A stretch of DNA of 64,000 nt from a virus, in IMG/VR virus record IMGVR_UViG_3300046804_002762, positions 31,681 to 95,680 of that record; one strand, 5' to 3'. The notes beneath the pieces are model-generated. The model had not been told where the DNA came from, did not search any database, and was given only the letters and a program-made list of their open reading frames with translations. How positions within the stretch are numbered: the first letter of the stretch is position 1; each line of letters begins with the position of its first letter. The position numbers were made by a program, and so were the translations under genes. Below, piece by piece: positions 49,401 to 58,862 of the stretch.

Positions 49401-50896
49401 TCATAGACAATGTTCAAGGCGAATTTGAAACTGGTGTGGGAAAAACTATCAGATATATTAATAGTTCTGGAATTACTACTAATTTAAATGCATCTTTGGG
49501 CGGAAATATACTTGCAAATCAAATTATTGCAGAAAGTGATGGTTTGCATATAAAAGTAAATCATACAAATCATGGAATGTATTTTAACAATAATTTTGTT
49601 AAAATATTTGGTGTAGAATCTGACGTAAGACCAACCAAATTAACCGCCGAATATGCATCAGATTCTACGGGAGTAATAACTGTTGAAGATTCTTCACAAT
49701 TCACAAGTTTTGAAGGTGTTGGAGTTGGAACAACAAATCCAGGATATCTCCTAATAGGAGAAGAATTGATAGAATATACTTCAGTTGTTGGTAACACTAT
49801 TGGAGGAGACATAGTTAGAGGTTTATCCTATGGTCCCAATGCCACTGCAGTGACTCACCCAATAAATTCTACTGTTTATAAATATGAAATTAATAATGTT
49901 TCTCTTCGAAGAATTAATAAAATTCATGATTTAAATGACGTAACATTAGAAAATCCAATAGGATTTGACTACTACAATATTAAGTTGGACATGTCTTCTG
50001 ATGGCATAGATAGAACTACTGGCATAGGATTTAGCAATCTATATCAAAGTATAACTAAATCATCTGGTGGTTTTAATATAAAAGCATCTCAAAACATTCC
50101 ATATGAAATTATTTTACCAAACGTTCATAATGTTACTGTAAAAGGAACTTCACTAAGTTCCGAATTGCGAACTGTTACTGGAAAAAGTATAAGTGGAAAT
50201 GAAATACCATTCATTGATAATGGATTTGAACCTGTCACAATAAGACAAAACAATTATCTTTCTTCCCCAAGAATTATTTGTTCCAAAGTTAATGAAGATA
50301 ATTTATTATCAGATTTACCGGAAAACAAATCTTTAACACTAAAACTTAATTTAGGAACAACAACACCTTATCTTTCTCCAGTTTTGGATAGTCAAAGAAT
50401 AAGTGTTCAACTTATTTCAAATAGGGTCAATAATGTTATTAGCAATTATGCAACTGACAATAGGGTTAATTCAATTTCAGAAGATCCAACTGCTTTCCAA
50501 TATATTTCAAAAGAGATAAACTTGGAAAATTCATCAACTTCGCTTAAAATAATTTTAGAGGCACATATTAATTCATATTCTGATATAAGAGCTTTCTATT
50601 CTATTGGCGAAAATCCTGGATTTTCTCCAATATTCACTCCATTCCCCGGATATGATAATCTAGATGAAAAATCTCAAATTATTTCTTTAGAAAATAGTAA
50701 CGGAAAATCAGATTTATTTGTAACACCAACAAATTCTTTAGAGCATATTTTAAATGATAGCGACTTTAAAGAATATGTATTTACAGTTGATAATTTGCCA
50801 GCATTTAGAAACTTTAGAATTAAATTATTAGGAACATCAACAAATCAAGTTTATGTTCCAAGAATAAGAAATTTAAGAGTAATTTCTCTTGCATGA
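43445..50896 (+). CDS. Large virion structural protein (DUF4815/VrlC-like), 2483 aa
   Basis: NVSPYFDDF...VLFKPGYPVQARELT, APGADR-like SPGADRLKI, DPLAQSF, GSLFKSQNASTW. Confidence 0.8.
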   Translation: MSQKTNLNVSPYFDDFNPNNDYHRVLFKPGYPVQARELTTLQSILQNQIEKFGQHFFKEGAKVISGNTGYSQLYYCVQLENNYLGVPVAAYIDQLVGAKITGQTSGVTAVVDKVLLPQDSERGNLTLYINYLGSSTQNNSTQEFSDGELLTSNIIITSGLLGNTSIAVGEPFASTISTNNSAVGSCFNISEGVYFIRGQFVNVKKETLVLDQYTNKPNYRVGLYIDEKIVNSNTDETLNDNSQGFNNYASPGADRLKISAYLFKKSLTDFDDGNFVELATIVDGTIRSKTEDDKYSFIKDELARRTYAESGDYLVSPFDVSVRESLNDQKGNDGIFNKNQITYGGDTPSESKVVYKISPGKAFIRGYEVETISTSFLDVNKPRTTQTLENQSIVYNTGSSLKLNRVYGSAPVGLGNTFVLSLRDERVNSSSTSSSGKEIGLARVYDFWLNSGSYSISNTNLNEWNISLYDIQTFTNITLNNPITLSTPTFIKGNNSGATAFLRDNVTVGTALTLYDVKGTFIPFESLSFDGINSGLIGIAVTTYGISDVKSVYGNVSSASTFSADTIQSTAFNIGIATISATSGGVSTVRSSNTLFPGKIVKVGNLVKYTDTTKPDPVVAKVIGVGASTISIVGVTTVNGIVNGSLPSSSLNVTDFRVIKTDLERSTDNTLYTKLPKNNISNVDISNSILIVRKTFTVNISDNKLSAVVTSSANETFLPFTEKRYSLVRSNGTVEILTSDKFEFTSGGTELQIYNLGSNDTNATLVATLQKIKPKEKVKRKTRVNSIVVSNSKYEGSGIGGTTLNDGLVYGKYPYGTRVQDENICLNVADIIEIHGIYESEDTSNPSSPKAVLASITSPSSTTSELIIGEEILGSTSGATAIVAEKLTSSQISLLYKNANRFSEGETITFSESNIQAQILTLDTPSFDVSFNYTFNRGQNGSFYDYGYITRKSSATEPTKKLKIYFSNGYYESTDDGDITTVNSYNSFNYTSDIGSINGTRNTDIIDIRPVVNNYSVSTGSRSPLEFYGRTFDSTSNSASSILSSDETLITSFSFYLGRIDAIYLSKEGKFQVKYGTPSEKPQNPVSLDDSLQIATISLPPYLYSVEQASIRFLEYKRYRMSDIKNLENRIKNLEYYTSLSLLETNTSNLFISDSDGFNRFKSGFFVDNFTSYLPQETGSDINNSIDIQFKELRPKAYPTSIDLTPGYSSTNTTTADLAFENPDGINIRRSNNIITLDYAEVEWLKQSFATRSESVTPFLISFWQGTVELTPASDTWMDTVRIEAKIISAEGNYAETLANASRTLNVNPQTGFAPTVWNAWVTNWTGQDTITTTARRTVLGQATAGWGRVALWGTLTDTTFEDTIREVRDTGVMSRTGTQTIVTEQFDRTSVGDRVVSRDIIPFMRSRNVQFVSKKVKPLTQLYAFFDGVDVTKYCVPKLLEITMRSGVFQVGETVTGYIQSTTGQQSSHITFRVAQTNHKEGPYNLASVTYPRNPYNSQILPPTYSSTSTILNVDTFSLSNNSQGEYSGWVKSGMVLIGRTSGAQATITNVRLFSDLSATLIGSFYIPNPNTNVHPRFEAGTKTFTLLNNNTNDQNAASTIAEEAFTSSGTIETVQENIISIRNARIENKQLFEEQAVSRTTGSQVVNSRVIAQTQRLGIIGWYDPLAQSFLVDNEDGVFLTSCDVFFKTKDDIDIPVTFQLRTMKGGFPTQYVLPLSEIILNPDQVNVSGDGSVATRVTFKAPVYLEGGGEYCICLASNSTKYSVYISRIGENDLLTQTFISNQPYLGSLFKSQNASTWEASQWEDLKFTLYRADFIENGSIDFYNPELTEGNAQIAKLAPNSLQFNSKKIRVSLSSTISDSGIKLGNTIIQQNSSGRGNYVGSAGSATGTLSISNPGIGYTPTPGSGGYTFNNVSLTTITGKGTGATANITISNGVAAAATIVSGGSGYQAGDVLGISSIGNSPAGRNARLTIVSIGNTNQIVIDNVQGEFETGVGKTIRYINSSGITTNLNASLGGNILANQIIAESDGLHIKVNHTNHGMYFNNNFVKIFGVESDVRPTKLTAEYASDSTGVITVEDSSQFTSFEGVGVGTTNPGYLLIGEELIEYTSVVGNTIGGDIVRGLSYGPNATAVTHPINSTVYKYEINNVSLRRINKIHDLNDVTLENPIGFDYYNIKLDMSSDGIDRTTGIGFSNLYQSITKSSGGFNIKASQNIPYEIILPNVHNVTVKGTSLSSELRTVTGKSISGNEIPFIDNGFEPVTIRQNNYLSSPRIICSKVNEDNLLSDLPENKSLTLKLNLGTTTPYLSPVLDSQRISVQLISNRVNNVISNYATDNRVNSISEDPTAFQYISKEINLENSSTSLKIILEAHINSYSDIRAFYSIGENPGFSPIFTPFPGYDNLDEKSQIISLENSNGKSDLFVTPTNSLEHILNDSDFKEYVFTVDNLPAFRNFRIKLLGTSTNQVYVPRIRNLRVISLA

Positions 50897-51125
50897 TATG
50901 AATCATATAAAAGTGAAGGGTCATGAAGGTTTATTTCGTGATCCAGATACAAACTCAATTATTAATAAAAATATGGCAGAATATCAGGAGTATATTTCTA
51001 GAAAAAAGTCAAAAAATGAAGAAAATGAAAAAATGAAAATATTGGAATCCGAAGTTTCCAATATAAAAAATGATCTTGATGAGATTAAATCCATGTTAAG
51101 GAGTTTTATAAATGAATCCAAATGA
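50897..51125 (+). CDS. Small hypothetical protein (approximate start)
   Basis: KVKGHEGLFRDPDTNSIIN followed by coiled coil. Confidence 0.6.
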
Positions 51126-51294
51126 TATAGAATTAGAAAATCTATCAAAAAACTTTGAGTATGCAAAAGCATGTTTAGAAATAGATTCAATAGAAGATAT
51201 TGAATCTCTGAGACAGATTTCAAAAGCATATATGAAATTGTATATGAAGCAACAGGAGGTTATAATTCAGATGGGTACATCTGGTATTCTATAA
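51112..51294 (+). CDS. Small hypothetical protein
   Basis: 60-aa ORF. Confidence 0.6.
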   Translation: MNPNDIELENLSKNFEYAKACLEIDSIEDIESLRQISKAYMKLYMKQQEVIIQMGTSGIL

Positions 51295-51297
51295 ATA
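51290..51297 (+). promoter_or_regulatory. T4-type late promoter (others at 27028, 41868, 53582, 55068, 59133, 61995, 63728)
   Basis: (T)ATAAATA 20-50 nt upstream of structural gene starts. Confidence 0.8.
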
Positions 51298-51318
51298 TTT
51301 TTAAGAACAAAACTAGAT

Positions 51319-52164
51319 ATGGCGCAACCTACCACTAGACAAGAATTAATAGATTATTGTAAAAGGAAACTGGGAGCGCCAGTTTTAGAAATTAATGTTG
51401 CAGATGAGCAAATAGATGATTTAGTTGATGATGCAATTCAATTTTTCCAAGAAAGACATTTTGATGGGGTATATCCAACATTTTATAAGTACAAAATAAC
51501 TCAGAATGATATTGATAGGGGAAGATCTAGGGGCAATAACGTAGCAGTAGGAATAGCAACAACAACCGCAACTACAAATATTGTAGGAGATACCACCACC
51601 TTTACATATGAAGAAAATAGTAATTACTTGCAAGTACCACCTTCAGTAATTGGTGTAACCAAAATATTTCATTTTGATGGTTCAAATGCCATTACTCATA
51701 ATATGTTTAGTGTTAAATATCAACTATTTTTAAACGACATTTACTACTGGGGAACTACAGAATTGTTGAGTTATGCTATGGTTAAAACTTATTTGGAAGA
51801 TATCAATTTCTTATTGACAACACAGAAGCAAATAAGATTTAATAAAAGGCAAGATAGATTGTATTTGGATATTGACTGGAGTTCTATTTCAGTTAATGAT
51901 TATATAATCATAGATTGTTATTCTACTTTAGACCCAAATGACTATTCTAGAGTTTGGAATGATTCATTTTTAAAACTATATCTAACCTCTTTAATCAAGC
52001 GTCAATGGGGACAAAATCTCATAAAATTTCAGGGGGTTAAACTTCCAGGAGGAATTGAGTTAAATGGAAGACAACTATATGATGATGCACAAAGAGAGAT
52101 AGATATTTTAATGGAAAAAATGTCAAGTAATTATGAACTACCACCTTATGACATGATAGGTTAA
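51319..52164 (+). CDS. gp13: Neck protein gp13
   Basis: LGAPVLEINV, KRQWGQNLIKF.GVKLPGG. Confidence 0.93.
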   Translation: MAQPTTRQELIDYCKRKLGAPVLEINVADEQIDDLVDDAIQFFQERHFDGVYPTFYKYKITQNDIDRGRSRGNNVAVGIATTTATTNIVGDTTTFTYEENSNYLQVPPSVIGVTKIFHFDGSNAITHNMFSVKYQLFLNDIYYWGTTELLSYAMVKTYLEDINFLLTTQKQIRFNKRQDRLYLDIDWSSISVNDYIIIDCYSTLDPNDYSRVWNDSFLKLYLTSLIKRQWGQNLIKFQGVKLPGGIELNGRQLYDDAQREIDILMEKMSSNYELPPYDMIG

Positions 52165-52169
52165 ATCAC

Positions 52170-53585
52170 ATGCTAAATCCTTTTTTTCAACAAGGAACTC
52201 CACTGGAGCAAGGATTAATACAAGATTTAATTAATGAACAATTGAGAATGTATGGTGTAGAAGTGCATTACTTACCAAGAAGATTTATAACTGAAAGGAA
52301 AATTATAAAGGAAGTAATAGAATCTGCTTTTGATTCTGCATATCCAATAGAAGCATATGTAAATAGCTATGAAGGTTATGCAGACAATTCTACTATTTTG
52401 TCAAAATTTGGAATACAAGCATTAAATGAAATAGTTTTAACTATTTCGAGAGAAAGATTTTCGAATTATATTTCTCCACTAATAAAGAATAAAAATAATA
52501 TAAAATTATCATCAAGACCAAAAGAGGGAGATTTAATTTATTTTCCTCTTGGAGATAGATTATTTGAAATAAAGTATGTAGAGCATGAAAAACCTTTTTA
52601 CCAACTTCAAAAAAACTATACCTATGAATTAACATGCGAACTATTCAGATATGAAGACGAAGTTATTGACACTAGTATTGATGAAATAGATGATGTTCTT
52701 TCTGGAATAGGAACAGATTTGGATTCTGGATTTACTGCTATTGGACCAATACAGACACTTACTATGATTGGTATTGGTATAACTGCAACAGCCAGCACTA
52801 CTTTAGTAAATGGTGGAATAAGGTTTATTACTATAACAAATAGAGGAGGTGGTTATACTAGCACTCCTAGAGTTGCTATATCATCTGCACCAGATGGGGG
52901 ATTTACTGGGATTGCAACAGCAATTATGATTGGGGGAGTTGTTGCATGTAATGATAATGTAAATCCATCAGCAAAATCAGTTCAAGCAGTTAATTTAATA
53001 AATCCTGGATATGGTTATACAATAGTACCAGGAATTAGATTTATTGGAGGAGGTGGTGCTGGTGCGGCTGCAACGGCATCCATAGGAAATGGCATTATAA
53101 GCAATATTACAATTTCAAATGCAGGTTCTGGGTATACTTCTTCTCCAACAATAACTTTTACAGGAGAATCTTCTGTCTCTGCCGCCGCGACTGCAATTAT
53201 AAGTGAGGTAGGGTCAATTACATCTATACAGATAACAAATTCTGGACTAGGCTATACTCAGACACCATCAATAACTATTTCTCCACCTTCCATGTCTGGA
53301 ATTGGAACGTATCAATTTAATGAAATAATAACTGGATCTATTAGTGGAACTACGGGAAGAGTTCGTTCTTGGAATTCGGTGACTAAAAAGTTAGAAGTTG
53401 CCACAGTAAGTGGGGAATTTATTGTTGGTGAAAGTATAGTTGGAACTGCATCATCATCTTCTTACAAATTGAGAATTGTTAATACTGATGTTGTCGATGA
53501 CGGTTATTCGGACAACACTGATATTGAAATAGAATCCAGCAAAATTATTGATTTTTCAGAAATTAATCCATTTGGTATGCCATAA
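52170..53585 (+). CDS. gp14: Neck protein gp14
   Basis: RPKEGDLIYFP, VEHEKPFYQL, DFSEINPFG. Confidence 0.92.
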   Translation: MLNPFFQQGTPLEQGLIQDLINEQLRMYGVEVHYLPRRFITERKIIKEVIESAFDSAYPIEAYVNSYEGYADNSTILSKFGIQALNEIVLTISRERFSNYISPLIKNKNNIKLSSRPKEGDLIYFPLGDRLFEIKYVEHEKPFYQLQKNYTYELTCELFRYEDEVIDTSIDEIDDVLSGIGTDLDSGFTAIGPIQTLTMIGIGITATASTTLVNGGIRFITITNRGGGYTSTPRVAISSAPDGGFTGIATAIMIGGVVACNDNVNPSAKSVQAVNLINPGYGYTIVPGIRFIGGGGAGAAATASIGNGIISNITISNAGSGYTSSPTITFTGESSVSAAATAIISEVGSITSIQITNSGLGYTQTPSITISPPSMSGIGTYQFNEIITGSISGTTGRVRSWNSVTKKLEVATVSGEFIVGESIVGTASSSSYKLRIVNTDVVDDGYSDNTDIEIESSKIIDFSEINPFGMP

Positions 53586-53629
53586 ATAGATTTTATTATA
53601 CATAAACACTAGCACTAGATATTAGAAAG

Positions 53630-54631
53630 ATGTTTGAGTATTTTTATCACGAAATATTAAGAAAAACCGTTATAGCTTTTGGTTCTTTATTTAACAACAT
53701 TACAATCAAGCATTTTGATTCTAGTGGAAATGTATCTAGTGTTATTAAAGTTCCCCTTGCTTATGGACCAACTCAAAAGTTTTTAGCAAGATTAGAACAA
53801 TCTCCAGATTTAAGTAAACCAGTTCAAATGACATTGCCAAGAATGTCATTTGAACTTACGGGACTAACTTATGACACTTCCAGAAAAGTTTCAACAACTC
53901 AGTCATTTACTGTAAAAGATTCTACTGATGGTTCTATCATAAGAAAATCATACATGCCAGTTCCATATAATTTGCAGTTTGAACTTTCAATTATGGCAAA
54001 ATTGAACGACGATGCACTACAAATAACAGAACAGATATTACCATATTTTCAACCATCTTACAATATAACTGTCGAATTGGTAGATTCCATTAATGAAAAA
54101 AAAGATATACCAATAGTTTTAGAAAACATTACAATGCAGGATGATTATGAAGGTAATTTCACAACCAGACGAGTTTTAGTTTATACGTTAAGATTTACTG
54201 CAAAAACATATCTATTTGGTCCAGTGTCTACGGCAACCAAAGATATTATCAAAAAAACCACAATCAATTATATTACTGGAGAATCTACGGATACTCCAAC
54301 AAGAAATGTTGTTTATTCTTCCACTCCAAGAGCTATCAAAAATTACACAGGAACAGTTCTTACAAACTTGTCAAAAGATATTACATCAGAAGATATTTTG
54401 GTAACTGTAAATGATGCAAGTGGAATTTCAATTAATACTTATCTAGATCTTGAGGGAGAAGAATTATATGTTAGATTGAAAAATGGAAACACACTAACTG
54501 TCGATAGAGGAAGAGACGATACAAGAATAACTTCTCACTTATCTGGTGCTGAAATAAAATCAATAACTGCATCGGATAATCTTTTAGTTGAAGAAGGTGA
54601 TGATTTTGGATTTAGTGGTACAACGTTATAG
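53630..54631 (+). CDS. gp15: Tail sheath stabilizer gp15
   Basis: VPLAYGP.QKFLAR, LPRMSFE, EQILPYFQP. Confidence 0.93.
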   Translation: MFEYFYHEILRKTVIAFGSLFNNITIKHFDSSGNVSSVIKVPLAYGPTQKFLARLEQSPDLSKPVQMTLPRMSFELTGLTYDTSRKVSTTQSFTVKDSTDGSIIRKSYMPVPYNLQFELSIMAKLNDDALQITEQILPYFQPSYNITVELVDSINEKKDIPIVLENITMQDDYEGNFTTRRVLVYTLRFTAKTYLFGPVSTATKDIIKKTTINYITGESTDTPTRNVVYSSTPRAIKNYTGTVLTNLSKDITSEDILVTVNDASGISINTYLDLEGEELYVRLKNGNTLTVDRGRDDTRITSHLSGAEIKSITASDNLLVEEGDDFGFSGTTL

Positions 54632-54633
54632 TT

Positions 54634-55068
54634 ATGAAAATGACAAAAAAATTCGATAAGTTGAATGAGACCTTTAATACTGGTGGAGACATTGTTCCAG
54701 TCGAGACAGAGGCAGTTATAGAAAAAATTGAAAAAGTTGCATCTGTAGTTGATGATATAAAAAAAGATTATGATTACACTAGAGGAAATTTATATTCTCT
54801 TATAGAAAAAGGTCAGGAAGCAATTAATGGTATTTTAGAACTTGCTCAAGAAAGTGAAATGCCTCGTGCTTATGAAGTTGTGGGACAGTTAATTAAAAAC
54901 GTTGCAGATGCAACCGATAAATTAATGGACTTACAAAAGAAACTTAAAGATATAGAAGAGGAAAGAGTTAGTAAAGGTCCAACCACTGTCAATAATGCAT
55001 TATTTGTAGGATCTACTGCAGAGTTGGCAAAACTTTTAAAACAACAGTCTCAAGATAATCCAGATTAA
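54634..55068 (+). CDS. gp16: Terminase small subunit gp16
   Basis: DYDYTRGNL, PRAYEV, NNALFVGSTAEL. Confidence 0.9.
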   Translation: MKMTKKFDKLNETFNTGGDIVPVETEAVIEKIEKVASVVDDIKKDYDYTRGNLYSLIEKGQEAINGILELAQESEMPRAYEVVGQLIKNVADATDKLMDLQKKLKDIEEERVSKGPTTVNNALFVGSTAELAKLLKQQSQDNPD

Positions 55069-55096
55069 TAAATATAAAGAGATTTAGTACAATTCA

Positions 55097-57199
55097 ATGC
55101 CAAAGTTGAAATCTCATAAAACAGTTGAGCAGATTGCAAAGAAGCATCGTCTTGACGTTTCTTTCATTCAAAAACAATTGGATATGGGAGAACCAATTGA
55201 GCATGAGCATACAAAAGATCATGAACTTGCTATGGATATTGCACTTCAACATTTAGATGAAATTCCAGATTATTATACTCGTTTGAAAAAAATGGAAGCA
55301 GATGCTAAAAAGCATCATAAAAAATTCAAAGATGTAAAAGAGGAAGATGAATTTGATATGGATGTTCCGATGCATTCAGTGCATTTAGAATATGATAAAA
55401 GATACTGTCCAAAGTGTAAAAAGGTAGAACTGAGAAGTGAATGTAAATATGGACCGATTTGTTGGGATATTTACTCAATTCCATCAAAGTTAAAAGAAGA
55501 AACTAAATCTGGAGATGAAGGTCTTCACGATTGGTTTAATAAATCTAAATCTAGTAATGGTAAGAAAGGATGGGTTCAACTAGGCGGTAAATGGGCAGGA
55601 AAACCCTGTGCTCGTCAACCTGGACAAACTTCTACACCAAAATGCGGAAGTTCTAAAATGTCAGCAAATCTTTCCCCAGAAGAAGAAGAGAGAGCAAGAG
55701 CAAGAAAAAATAGACAAGATCCCAATCAACCCCAAAAAACTGGCGGGGCAAAACCAACTAACGTAAGAACTGAAGAGATGGATTTACAAGAAGTCAAAGA
55801 CAAACCAAGTAAAGGTAGTGGTAAAAAAGACGCTTGCTATAATAAAGTTAAATCGAGATATGACGTTTGGCCAAGTGCATATGCATCTGGAGCACTAGTC
55901 AAATGCCGTAAAGTTGGTGCTGCAAACTGGGGAACTAAATCGGAGTCTACAATGCACAATCACGAAGAAGAACGTTATTGCCCTTTGTGCGATAAAAGAG
56001 AAACAAGATCTGAGTGTTCTTATGGTGGAAAAGCGTGGGATAAGGTATCAGTAAAAGATGAAGAGTATTCAATGGTAAGATCTGAACTTGAAACTTTAAT
56101 GAATGCAGCTGAAAGGCTTAAAGCAAAAGTTGGAAAAGGTGAAGGTAACCTTGAAGCTTGGGTTCAATCTAAAATAACTAAAGCTGCTGATTATCTTGAT
56201 ACTGCAGCAGATTATGTTGTGAGTGGAGAAATGGAAGAATCTTGCTGGTCTGGCTATAAACAAATTGGTATGAAAAAGAAAGGTAAGAAAGCAGTCCCAA
56301 ACTGTGTGCCAGAAGAAACAATTGAAGATTTAAATGGAGAAACCTTTGCTGAAGTAGTGGACATTATTAAACCAGAACCAATCAAAGGATTTAAATCACA
56401 AATGAGCGAATCTACCAGAATTCAAGCACAGACTGGTAATGTCGTGGCAGTAACGTTATCTTGGAGAGGAAAATACTATTCCTTAAAAATATTCTTTCCT
56501 CAAGCTAAGATTCCAACACGTAAAGAGATTAATGATGAACTTCAAAAGGTTTATCCTGGTTGCAATTTAGTTTATCATTATGTATCTGAACTGCAATCCG
56601 GACAACCCCTTATTCAAAGCGGAAGTTTTGCAAAGCCTGGTCCAAATAAAAATTATGTAAAGCCTATGGGCGAAGAAGTTGAAATTAATGAGGGAATGAC
56701 CCTTAAAGATTATAAGAGAAAGCGTAGTGCTTTGAAGCAAAAGGAAAAGAGAGCAGCAGATAAGACTGCCCCTGGTCGCAGAGCAGGTATTCACGCAGAC
56801 AAAGCATCACCAGAAAGAGCAGCAAGACATCGTGCGAATGTAGACCCCGATTTTGATGGTAATGATGAAAGAAATTATCCAGGTGGTAAATTGAATCCCA
56901 AAAAGGTTCGTAAAGCAAAAGCACTAGGAGAACTTGGTGAAGATTGGCAAAAAGTAAATCGACAAGATAAAACTGATGGATTAAGTCAAAAGGCAGTTAA
57001 TGCTTACCGTAGAGAAAATCCAGGTTCAAAATTGCAAACAGCGGTCACGGAAAAGAAGCCAACAGGGAAAAGAGCAGATAGAAGAAAATCTTTTTGTAGT
57101 CGTATGACCGGAATGAAAAAGAGATTAACTTCCACTGAAACCGCAAGAGATCCAGATTCAAGAATTAATAAAGCACTTCGTCGCTGGAATTGTAATTAA
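55097..57199 (+). CDS. Modular basic late protein, putative internal head polyprotein
   Basis: Late promoter; several small modules, two CxxC repeats, separated by Glu-rich linkers. Confidence 0.6.
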   Translation: MPKLKSHKTVEQIAKKHRLDVSFIQKQLDMGEPIEHEHTKDHELAMDIALQHLDEIPDYYTRLKKMEADAKKHHKKFKDVKEEDEFDMDVPMHSVHLEYDKRYCPKCKKVELRSECKYGPICWDIYSIPSKLKEETKSGDEGLHDWFNKSKSSNGKKGWVQLGGKWAGKPCARQPGQTSTPKCGSSKMSANLSPEEEERARARKNRQDPNQPQKTGGAKPTNVRTEEMDLQEVKDKPSKGSGKKDACYNKVKSRYDVWPSAYASGALVKCRKVGAANWGTKSESTMHNHEEERYCPLCDKRETRSECSYGGKAWDKVSVKDEEYSMVRSELETLMNAAERLKAKVGKGEGNLEAWVQSKITKAADYLDTAADYVVSGEMEESCWSGYKQIGMKKKGKKAVPNCVPEETIEDLNGETFAEVVDIIKPEPIKGFKSQMSESTRIQAQTGNVVAVTLSWRGKYYSLKIFFPQAKIPTRKEINDELQKVYPGCNLVYHYVSELQSGQPLIQSGSFAKPGPNKNYVKPMGEEVEINEGMTLKDYKRKRSALKQKEKRAADKTAPGRRAGIHADKASPERAARHRANVDPDFDGNDERNYPGGKLNPKKVRKAKALGELGEDWQKVNRQDKTDGLSQKAVNAYRRENPGSKLQTAVTEKKPTGKRADRRKSFCSRMTGMKKRLTSTETARDPDSRINKALRRWNCN

Positions 57200-57215
57200 T
57201 AGGTAGGTTTTCGTT

Positions 57216-58862
57216 ATGCCAAATGATGTCTATCTTGGTAATCCTTTATTAAAAAAAGCAAATACACCAATTGAGTTTACTCAAGAGCAAATTCTTGAGT
57301 TTGCCAAGTGTCAAAATGATCCAGTTTACTTTGCAAAAAACTATGTAAAAATTGTAACTCTTGACCACGGATTGCAATCATTTAAGATGTATCCGTTTCA
57401 AGAAAAATTGGTTAATAATTTTCATAAGCATAGATTCAATATTTGCAAGATGCCACGACAGACTGGTAAGTCTACAACTGTTGTGTCATTCCTGCTCCAT
57501 TATGCAGTCTTTAATGACAATGTTAACATAGGTATCCTAGCAAACAAAGCAGCAACAGCAAGGGAACTTCTAGATCGTCTCCAAACTGCATATGAGAATC
57601 TCCCAAAGTGGATGCAGCAAGGTATCATCTCTTGGAATAAAGGTTCTTTGGAACTTGAAAATGGATCAAAGATCTTAGCAGCATCAACCTCTGCATCTGC
57701 TGTCCGAGGAATGTCATTTAACATTCTATTCTTGGACGAATTTGCATTCGTTCCAAACCATATTGCAGACTCATTCTTCGCATCAGTATATCCCACTATT
57801 ACTTCTGGTAAGCAAACTAAGGTTATTATAGTTTCTACACCACACGGTATGAATCATTTCTACCGAATGTGGCACGATGCTGAAAAAGGTAAAAATGAAT
57901 ATGTCTTCACTGATGTTCATTGGAGCGAAGTTCCGGGCAGAGATGAAGTATGGAAGGCACAGACAATTGCTAACACTTCAGAACAACAATTCAAAGTTGA
58001 ATTTGAGTGTGAGTTCTTGGGATCTGTTGATACTCTTATTGCACCATCCAAACTCAGAACCCTCGTGTATGACCATCCTAAGACCCGTAGTGCAGGTTTA
58101 GATGTTTATGTGGATCCTATCGAGGAACACGACTACTTGATTACTGTAGACGTTGCTAGGGGGGTGGGAAACGATTATTCAGCATTCGCTGTGATTGATA
58201 TAACTCAGTTTCCTCATCGGGTGGTTGCGAAGTATAGGAATAATGAAATCAAACCAATGTTATTTCCAAGTGTTATTCATGAGATGGCAAAAAGTTATAA
58301 TAATGCATATATTCTATGTGAAGTTAATGATGTTGGCGACCAGGTAGCAAGTATTCTTCAATATGATTTGGAATATAATAATCTATTAATGTGTTCTATG
58401 AGAGGTAGGGCAGGGCAAATAGTTGGACAAGGATTTTCTGGAAAAAAGACCCAACTTGGCGTTAAAATGTCAAAGACCGTCAAAAAAGTTGGATGTCTGA
58501 ATCTGAAGACAATGATCGAAGAGGATAAGTTATATTTAAATGATTATGAGATTATCGCTGAACTTACTACATTTATTCAAAAACATAATTCTTTTGAGGC
58601 AGAAGAGGGGTGTAATGATGATCTTGCAATGTGTCTAGTGATTTATGCTTGGTTAGTAGCTCAAGACTATTTTAAAGAACTTACCGACCAAGATGTTAGA
58701 AAAAGATTATATGAAGAACAAAAAAATCAAATTGAACAGGATATGTCTCCATTTGGATTTATAAGTGATGGATCGGACGAAATAAGTTTTACTGACCAAG
58801 ATGGAGATAGATGGTATGTGGATGAGTATGGAGATCGTGCTTATATGTGGGAGTATATGTAA
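57216..58862 (+). CDS. gp17: Terminase large subunit gp17
   Basis: PRQTGKST, LDEFAF, STPHG, VDVARG, NDDLAM. Confidence 0.96.
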   Translation: MPNDVYLGNPLLKKANTPIEFTQEQILEFAKCQNDPVYFAKNYVKIVTLDHGLQSFKMYPFQEKLVNNFHKHRFNICKMPRQTGKSTTVVSFLLHYAVFNDNVNIGILANKAATARELLDRLQTAYENLPKWMQQGIISWNKGSLELENGSKILAASTSASAVRGMSFNILFLDEFAFVPNHIADSFFASVYPTITSGKQTKVIIVSTPHGMNHFYRMWHDAEKGKNEYVFTDVHWSEVPGRDEVWKAQTIANTSEQQFKVEFECEFLGSVDTLIAPSKLRTLVYDHPKTRSAGLDVYVDPIEEHDYLITVDVARGVGNDYSAFAVIDITQFPHRVVAKYRNNEIKPMLFPSVIHEMAKSYNNAYILCEVNDVGDQVASILQYDLEYNNLLMCSMRGRAGQIVGQGFSGKKTQLGVKMSKTVKKVGCLNLKTMIEEDKLYLNDYEIIAELTTFIQKHNSFEAEEGCNDDLAMCLVIYAWLVAQDYFKELTDQDVRKRLYEEQKNQIEQDMSPFGFISDGSDEISFTDQDGDRWYVDEYGDRAYMWEYM

